The notes under the pieces: model-generated
Databases searched by the model: none
Told to the model about the DNA's origin: nothing
Seen by the model: only the letters and a program-made list of their open reading frames with translations
Shown here: piece after piece, positions 57,831 to 64,000 of the stretch
How positions within the stretch are numbered: position 1 is the stretch's first letter
How the letters are laid out: the number at the start of each line of letters is the position of its first letter
Position numbers and translations under genes: made by a program
Assembly (NCBI GenBank): GCA_016124735.1
Contig: WGMZ01000031.1
Span: 121,992-185,991, forward strand
Source: Bacteroidota bacterium
GTDB lineage: Bacteria > Bacteroidota > Bacteroidia > UBA8524
Reading direction: 5' to 3'
Length of the DNA: 64,000 nucleotides

Positions 57831-59012
57831 TCAGTTACCGAGCTCCCGTAACGCCAGCCAGGCCATTAATCCAGCTCCAACAGGCAAGGCGTCTTCGTCG
57901 ATATCGAAGTTAGGGGTATGCACAGAAGCAGTGATTCCTTTCGCCTCGTTTCTCACTCCGAGCCGGTAGAAGGTAGCCGGCATTTCCTGGGAGTAATAGC
58001 TGAAATCTTCGGCAGCCATCCAGATATCGAGATCTTTTACATTCTCTTCTCCGAGGTATTCCTGCGCCCATTTTTTCGCATCCTGACTCAGACGGATATC
58101 GTTTTTGAGAAATGGATAACCGTGCTCAATTTTTACTTCGCAGGCACCGCCCATGGATTCGGCGATACCACTGGCCATTTTTTCAATCTTCTGCAGGGCC
58201 TCCGCTCTCCATGTTTCATCCAGTGTGCGGAAGGTTCCTTCCAACTTCACTTCGTTGGGGATGACATTGGTCGCGCCATTGGCAATCACTTTTCCGAAAG
58301 ATAAAACAGAAGGAACAATTGGAGCGGCATTTCTGCTCACGATCTGCTGAAGTCCGGTGATGATATTCGCGGCAATCAAAACCGGATCGATATTGAATTG
58401 GGGCATGGCACCATGTCCGCCTTTGCCTTTCACCGTCATGTAGATTTCATCGCAGCTGGCCATATAGAGGCCAGAGCGGAAACCAACAGTGCCCACGGGC
58501 AACAGTGGCATCACATGCTGACCGATGATGGTATCTACGTCTTCAATGGCTCCGTCCTGAATCATAAGAGAAGCGCCTCCCGGCATTTTTTCCTCACCGG
58601 GTTGGAAGATGAGTTTCACGGTTCCGTTCCACTCCTCTTTTGTTTCGTTTAAAATTTTTGCTGCCCCTAAGAGAGAGGTTGAATGTACATCATGACCGCA
58701 AGCGTGCATCACGCCGTTGTTCTTAGAACCATAACTCCGTCCATCTACCTCCTGAATAGGGAGTGCGTCCATATCGGCGCGTAAAGCTGTTGTCTTTCCG
58801 TTCTCTTTGCCCCGGATATAGGCCACAATTCCGGTATTGGCCGCATGTTCCAATTCGGTGATGCCCATTTCCCGCAATTGCTTTTCGATAAAGCGTTGGG
58901 TTTCGTATTCCTGAAAGGATAATTCCGGGTTTTGATGAATATGATGACGAATCGCACGGATTTCCTCGTGGATTTGCGCTGCGCGTTGTTTAATTTTGTC
59001 CTTCAAGCTCAT
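57831..59012 (-). CDS. M20/M25/M40 family amidohydrolase (N-acyl-amino acid amidohydrolase type)
   Basis: 393 aa. Metal-binding MHACGHD motif and dimerisation domain. Confidence 0.8.
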   Translation of the reverse strand: MSLKDKIKQRAAQIHEEIRAIRHHIHQNPELSFQEYETQRFIEKQLREMGITELEHAANTGIVAYIRGKENGKTTALRADMDALPIQEVDGRSYGSKNNGVMHACGHDVHSTSLLGAAKILNETKEEWNGTVKLIFQPGEEKMPGGASLMIQDGAIEDVDTIIGQHVMPLLPVGTVGFRSGLYMASCDEIYMTVKGKGGHGAMPQFNIDPVLIAANIITGLQQIVSRNAAPIVPSVLSFGKVIANGATNVIPNEVKLEGTFRTLDETWRAEALQKIEKMASGIAESMGGACEVKIEHGYPFLKNDIRLSQDAKKWAQEYLGEENVKDLDIWMAAEDFSYYSQEMPATFYRLGVRNEAKGITASVHTPNFDIDEDALPVGAGLMAWLALRELGN

Positions 59013-59039
59013 GCAAAAACAAAGCTAAGGCTTTCTTTT

Positions 59040-60953
59040 ATGATCCCTAAACACATCGTCGACGAAATCATGGCCACCGCCCGTATTGAGGAGGTAATCG
59101 GCGATTTTGTGGCGTTGAAAAAATCGGGATCCGACCTCAAAGCATTGAGTCCGTTTAGTCAGGAGAAGACGCCTTCTTTCTACGTCTCCCCTAACAAGCA
59201 AATCTTTAAGGACTTTAGTTCGGGCAAGGGAGGCAACGTGGTGACCTTCCTGATGGAGCACGAGCAAATCAACTATCCGGAGGCGCTACGTTTTCTGGCC
59301 AAAAAATACGGCATCACCATTCCGGAAGAAAAGGAAGTTACCCCGGAGGAGATACAGGAAGCCAACGAAAAGGAAAGTCTGTATATCGTGTTGCAATATG
59401 CGCACGACTTCTACCGCGACCAATTGGAAAATACCGAAGAAGGAAAAGCCATCGGCAAAAGCTATTTTCTCGAACGCGGTTTCCGGAATGAAACAATAGA
59501 GAAATTTGGATTAGGATTCTCTCAAGCCCAATGGGATGCGTTCAGCGCCGATGCGCTGGCAAAAGGCTTCAAGTCTGAATTTCTGGAGATTGCCGGTCTC
59601 AGCAAAGTGAATGAAGCGGGTAAGCGTTACGATATGTTCCGTAACCGTGTCATCTTCCCCATCCACAACCTGGTGGGCAAGGTGGTGGCTTTTGCCGGAA
59701 GACAATTAAGCAAGGAAGACAAGGGCCCCAAATACCTGAACTCACCGGAAACGCCGGTTTACCATAAAAGCGATATCCTGTATGGAATGTTCTTCGCCAA
59801 GAACATGATCCGGATGAAGGACAAATGTTTTCTGGTGGAAGGCTATACCGACGTCATCACCCTGAATCAATCGGGAATTGAAAATGTGGTGGCTTCATCC
59901 GGCACCTCATTGACGGAAGGCCAAATCCGACAGATACGCCGATTTACGCCGAACATCACTGTTTTGTATGATGGAGACCCTGCCGGATTAAAAGCGTCTC
60001 AACGCGGTATCGACCTGATTCTGGCCCAGGGTATGAATGTACGTCTGGTCATCTTCCCGGATGGAGAAGATCCGGATTCTTATTGTCAGAAAGTAGGCGG
60101 ACAGGAGTTCGAAGCCTATATCGAAGAGCACGAACAGGATTTCATCCTCTTCAAATCCCAATTACTCTTTGGAGAAAGTGGCAAAGACCCGCTAAAAAAG
60201 GCCGAAGCCATAAAAAGTATTGTGGCCAGTATTGCGCTCATCCCCGACCCGGTTACCCGAACAGTTTTTGCGCAGGAATGTGCGAAAATCATGGAGGTCC
60301 CAGAGCAGGTCATTGCCGCCGAACTGGGAAAATCCCGTCGAAAAGAACTGGATGAAAGCACGCGGAAGAATCTGGAAGCGGCGCAAATAGCCGAACAAAT
60401 TGCTGCGGAGGAAGAGGTGGTATCGCACCTTACCGAAACGGATAAACAAGAACAGCAGATTCTCAAACTCCTGATCCGGCATGCCAGCGATGCCTACGAC
60501 GAAGAGCGATCCGTTGCCCGCTTTGTCTTGGATGAAATTGATGAAGGCATGGATTTTCGCAATCCCCTGTATCAGCGTATCCTTGCCGAAGCACGTGAAG
60601 TCATCGATAAGGGAGAAGCCCTTGATGCGAGCTATTTTGTGCAACATCCTGACCCACAGGTAAACGGTTTCGCGGCCGATGTGCTGCAGGACCGCTACCG
60701 TGCGAGCGATCGCTGGAGAGAGATTCATGAAATCAGTCTGATACATGAGGATGAAAATTTTAAGCCGGATGTTTTTAGTGCGATTCTTCATTATAAAATT
60801 CGTCGGGTAGAAACGGCCATCGAAGCCAACCAGGAAGAGCTGAAAGACGCTTCGGAAGATGAAGCCATCGATCTGCTGATGCAGAAACAACTCTACCTGA
60901 TTGGATTGCGCAAGGCGCTTTCTGAGTTGATTGGGGCGACGATAATTAAGTAG
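59040..60953 (+). CDS. dnaG: DNA primase
   Basis: Start chosen at MIPKHIVDEI, 27 bp from the divergent M20 gene start. Zinc-finger region, TOPRIM (EGYTDVI...DGDPAG) and a C-terminal helical domain. Confidence 0.9.
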   Translation: MIPKHIVDEIMATARIEEVIGDFVALKKSGSDLKALSPFSQEKTPSFYVSPNKQIFKDFSSGKGGNVVTFLMEHEQINYPEALRFLAKKYGITIPEEKEVTPEEIQEANEKESLYIVLQYAHDFYRDQLENTEEGKAIGKSYFLERGFRNETIEKFGLGFSQAQWDAFSADALAKGFKSEFLEIAGLSKVNEAGKRYDMFRNRVIFPIHNLVGKVVAFAGRQLSKEDKGPKYLNSPETPVYHKSDILYGMFFAKNMIRMKDKCFLVEGYTDVITLNQSGIENVVASSGTSLTEGQIRQIRRFTPNITVLYDGDPAGLKASQRGIDLILAQGMNVRLVIFPDGEDPDSYCQKVGGQEFEAYIEEHEQDFILFKSQLLFGESGKDPLKKAEAIKSIVASIALIPDPVTRTVFAQECAKIMEVPEQVIAAELGKSRRKELDESTRKNLEAAQIAEQIAAEEEVVSHLTETDKQEQQILKLLIRHASDAYDEERSVARFVLDEIDEGMDFRNPLYQRILAEAREVIDKGEALDASYFVQHPDPQVNGFAADVLQDRYRASDRWREIHEISLIHEDENFKPDVFSAILHYKIRRVETAIEANQEELKDASEDEAIDLLMQKQLYLIGLRKALSELIGATIIK

Positions 60954-60960
60954 TTATTGT

Positions 60961-61032
60961 TTGGTTGTGTTCATTTTGCCTTGATGCTTCGACCTCGCTC
61001 AGCATAAATTCCAAATGAACCAAAAAATCAAG
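60961..61032. repeat. ~70-bp hairpin-bounded interspersed repeat, copy 2
   Basis: TTGGTTGTGTTCATTTTGCCTTGATGCTTCGACCTCGCTCAGCATAAATTCCAAATGAACCAAAAAATCAA. Lies 8 nt after the dnaG stop. Confidence 0.6.
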
Positions 61033-61194
61033 GCCAAAATATGCTTCCCCGCGCGCGATTTTTTTCTTTCCTTTTTTCTAAAAAAAATATGGAAAGAGAA
61101 TATGAACATCCGGAGTTTTCCAATTAAGAATTACCCGAAGGCATCCAATGGACAAAAAAATTAAATTGATCCCATTTAATATTCAGACTTCCAA

Positions 61195-61680
61195 CTACCC
61201 TTTGACAGGCACTTCGCAGTGATGCCCTTCTTCCCTTAAGGTCTTTTCAATCACTTCGCCGTCGATTAAGGCCCAATGCTCGGCAATCTTTCCATCGGCC
61301 AATCGGAACATCCTGAAACCGGGGCTTACCAGTTCCTTTTCACTGGCCGGAATTCCCCGCCACTCGCCGATATGGCGCAGGTTCATCTTTAATTTGACTA
61401 CAACTTTGTCTTCCTCACAGACCATGTCTTCGATGTGGGTTTCATGTTCGAAGGCTTTCCCTGTTGCCCGAACCCAGACTTTGAGTCCGTCGGCATCATT
61501 GCGCATGGCCGGAGGTAAGGAATGATCGATAAAATCGGGACAAACAAAGTGATCGAGACGATCGAGGTTTTGCTGATTCCATATTTCCTGAATGAAATCG
61601 GCGACGAATTGTTTTGTGTTCATTTCTTTATGATTAATGGCACAAAGGTCTTGCAGTCCATTCAGGCGGACCTGCGTCAA
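61195..61680 (-). CDS. SnoaL-like / ester cyclase (NTF2-like superfamily) protein
   Basis: 161 aa. The NTF2-like pattern is preserved. Alternative start at MNTKQF (61623). Confidence 0.55.
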   Translation of the reverse strand: MTQVRLNGLQDLCAINHKEMNTKQFVADFIQEIWNQQNLDRLDHFVCPDFIDHSLPPAMRNDADGLKVWVRATGKAFEHETHIEDMVCEEDKVVVKLKMNLRHIGEWRGIPASEKELVSPGFRMFRLADGKIAEHWALIDGEVIEKTLREEGHHCEVPVKG

Positions 61681-61691
61681 AAGTCACAAAA

Positions 61692-62261
61692 TCATTTCGC
61701 CCGGATTCGGCTCAGTGTTTCCCTGCTAATGCCCAGGTAGGAAGCCAGTTGGGTCAGTGAAACCCGTTGAAGCAAAGCCGGTTCCCTCTGTAAAAGTTTT
61801 TCATAGCGTTCTGTGGGACTCAATACCCGAAGATCAGTAGCACGCTGCTCTTGTTCGCTCAGGAGCTTCTGGAGAAATTTTCTGCCAAAGGCCTCAATCT
61901 CATGCGAACTTGAATAGGCCTGAAGTAAATCCACCTTTGGAATCCGGATGGCAATGCCTTTTTCGATGGCTATCAACGAATAGTCCGAAGGACTGCTGCG
62001 ACTCAAACTGGCAACATGGGTAAAGAAATCTCCTTCGAAGAAAAAGTCGAGATTGAATTCTTTGCCTTCTTTGTCCAGACTCGCTTTGCAACACCCTGCA
62101 TTCAGAAACCAGATATGCTCACAAACCGCCTCCTCTTTGAGCAGATAGTCGCCTTTTTGAAAAGTTAGCTCTTCACAAATCGAGGCAAGAATTTCCCAGG
62201 CTGAATCCGATAAGGGAGAGATTCCTTCGATGATTTGCCGGAGTTGATTGAAAGGAGGCAT
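61692..62261 (-). CDS. Crp/Fnr family transcriptional regulator
   Basis: 189 aa. cNMP-binding-like beta-roll and C-terminal HTH (SLTQLASYLGISRETLSRIR). Confidence 0.8.
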   Translation of the reverse strand: MPPFNQLRQIIEGISPLSDSAWEILASICEELTFQKGDYLLKEEAVCEHIWFLNAGCCKASLDKEGKEFNLDFFFEGDFFTHVASLSRSSPSDYSLIAIEKGIAIRIPKVDLLQAYSSSHEIEAFGRKFLQKLLSEQEQRATDLRVLSPTERYEKLLQREPALLQRVSLTQLASYLGISRETLSRIRAK

Positions 62262-62369
62262 TGGTGCAAAAATAGGGAAGGTGAGGTTATTGAATCGCCT
62301 CTCTTGAAAACCGTATTTTGAGCTTAGGTACGAGAAGAACTTTTAAGCAGTTATGATAAATGCATTGCT

Positions 62370-62789
62370 CTAAAAGAGCGAATCCAATTCCAAATATTTT
62401 TCTTTCATCTGACTTAAGGCAAAGGCAGCTGCAGAGGCAGCAAAGACTGAGAAATCCAAAGGTGCCTTTATCCCGGTGGAAAATGCCATCGACAATCCGA
62501 AGAGCAATAAAAGAAAGCCACTCAATCGAGCAACCCATTCTGTTTTAAAGCCAAAGATGAGGAAAATGGCCAAAAGCACTTCAGCTGCTGTCGCAAGAAT
62601 TCCTGCAATCGAAATTAAAGATTCAGGCAGCCATGGATTGATGAGTTGGGTATAGGCCAGAAAATTTTCCCAATTACCCCATACCGAAACTTCCGTGCTC
62701 CACATTCCAAACCGATCGGCTACTGCGGATAAAAATCCAGCTGATAGTGCCAGCCGCAAAAAGAGTTTGATCAGGTGTTGTGCCTTCAT
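62370..62789 (-). CDS. DoxX family membrane protein
   Basis: 139 aa. Four TM helices. DoxX-like. Confidence 0.7.
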   Translation of the reverse strand: MKAQHLIKLFLRLALSAGFLSAVADRFGMWSTEVSVWGNWENFLAYTQLINPWLPESLISIAGILATAAEVLLAIFLIFGFKTEWVARLSGFLLLLFGLSMAFSTGIKAPLDFSVFAASAAAFALSQMKEKYLELDSLF

Positions 62790-62949
62790 CTTGGTCGCTG
62801 TTAGCGTTCAAAGAAAGGTATAGTCAAAAAGAGAGACAAGGGTTTTAGGTTTATTCACTCTTTCTCCTCTCTATTTCTGTTTATTGCACTCACGTACGTC
62901 TGAATCGCGGATTATTCAGCTTACGCCGATTTGTATTCGGAAACAGATT

Positions 62950-63032
62950 CTAACTATTCGCAAATAAAACCGCGACTCCGTTTGGCGCCAGCCAAAGCAA
63001 TTGCGACTCCGCGTTAAAAAATTTGAGCGAGC
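62950..63032 (-). repeat. solo copy of the family-2 repeat
   Basis: …GCGACTCCGTTTGGCGCCAGCCAAAGCAATTGCGACTCCGCGTTAAAAAATTTGAGCGAGCAG aligns with the 57.5-kb units. Lies 5 nt after the prfC stop. Confidence 0.55.
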
Positions 63033-63037
63033 AGATA

Positions 63038-64000
63038 CTAACGAACCGCGTAAATATCCACCGCCGTATCTTCCCGGTATTCTGAGGTGAAGTGGAACTT
63101 GATATCCGGAAATGCTTCGCCGGCCATCTTGAGTGCCCAGGCAGATTCGGCAAGGAAGACGGGGTTTTCGTCTTTGTCGCGGGCGATATTGCTGCCTTTT
63201 CTGAGGATGAATTCATCCAGCTTCTTTCTGTCGTCGCAGGAAATCCAGCAGGCTTTGTAGAGGTTCATGAACATAAAATCAGCTTTGGCGCCGTATTCGT
63301 GTTCGAGACGAAACTTGATGACGTCGAACTGCAGTTCGCCCACCGTTCCAATGATTTTTCTGTTCCCTGGTTGTTGTATAAACAACTGGGCTACGCCCTC
63401 TTCAGAAAGCTGTTGCACGCCCTTGTCGAGCTGTTTGGCTTTGAACGGATCCTTGTTGATGATCTCGCGGAAAATCTCCGGAGAGAAACTTGGGATTCCT
63501 TTGAAGTGCAGGTCCTCGCCCTCGGTAAGTACGTCGCCAATCTTGAAGTTGCCGCTATCGTATAAACCGATTACATCGCCCGGGTAAGCTTCTTCCAACA
63601 AGTTCTTCTCGTTGGCCATAAAGCTGGTTGGGTTCGCAAAACGCAGCTTCTTGTTTTGGCGAACATGGTGGTAAAAGGTATTACGTTCGAACTTACCTGA
63701 GCACACCCGCATAAAAGCGATGCGATCGCGGTGGTTCGGGTCGAGGTTGGCGTGGATCTTAAAAACAAAGCCGGAGAATTTGGGCTCGTTGGCCTTGATT
63801 TCTCTTTCTACCGCTTCCCTTTCCGTTGGTGCCGGAGCAATCTCAATAAAGGTATCCAGCATTTCCTGCACCCCGAAATTGTTGATGGCCGAACCAAAGA
63901 ATACCGGAGCCAGCAATCCATCCAAATAGGTAGATGACTCAAAGGGTTCGTAGACGCCTTCAATCAGTTCCACGTTCTCGCGGAGCTCATTGGCAAAGCG
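63038..64000 (-). CDS. prfC: peptide chain release factor 3 (partial, N-terminus beyond the window)
   Basis: The C-terminal ~320 aa of RF3, including the EF-G-like domains. The reading frame stays open to the window edge. Confidence 0.88.
   Translation of the reverse strand, partial: RFANELRENVELIEGVYEPFESSTYLDGLLAPVFFGSAINNFGVQEMLDTFIEIAPAPTEREAVEREIKANEPKFSGFVFKIHANLDPNHRDRIAFMRVCSGKFERNTFYHHVRQNKKLRFANPTSFMANEKNLLEEAYPGDVIGLYDSGNFKIGDVLTEGEDLHFKGIPSFSPEIFREIINKDPFKAKQLDKGVQQLSEEGVAQLFIQQPGNRKIIGTVGELQFDVIKFRLEHEYGAKADFMFMNLYKACWISCDDRKKLDEFILRKGSNIARDKDENPVFLAESAWALKMAGEAFPDIKFHFTSEYREDTAVDIYAVR

Overview
The window looks like a chromosomal segment from a Bacteroidota genome, probably of the Sphingobacteriia/Cytophagia/Flavobacteriia type. 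Several family-level hallmarks support this: T9SS type-A and type-B C-terminal sorting domains, an SprB-repeat adhesin, a fused LpxC/FabZ gene, a PorX-like PglZ response regulator, a four-helix-bundle (23S IVS-type) protein and a GxxExxY protein. Most of the window is densely packed housekeeping genes: an rplM-rpsI-rpsB operon, gmd-fcl, the lpxD-lpxC/fabZ-lpxA cluster, dnaG, def-ruvX, pth, rbfA, fabG, ppiD-like, rluD, tsaE and a partial prfC. These are interspersed with cell-surface and accessory genes: three T9SS cargo proteins (one a 1536-aa adhesin), a module of ECF sigma factor, anti-sigma with beta-barrel domain, and a divergent VWA protein, and tandem periplasmic TonB-C paralogs. The DNA also contains three unrelated families of interspersed repeats. 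Family 1 (44.5-45.5 kb) is a REP-like palindromic doublet on both sides of a small HuH/Y1 transposase-like gene, i.e. a REPtron-like unit. Family 2 is a degenerate ~80-105 bp repeat array placed in inverted orientation on either side of the GxxExxY gene (56.7-57.8 kb), with a solo copy at 62.95 kb; each copy lies immediately 3' of a gene stop. Family 3 is a ~70 bp hairpin-bounded element present twice (51.24 kb and 60.96 kb). No rRNA, tRNA or CRISPR array was recognised. Three rho-independent terminators are clear.
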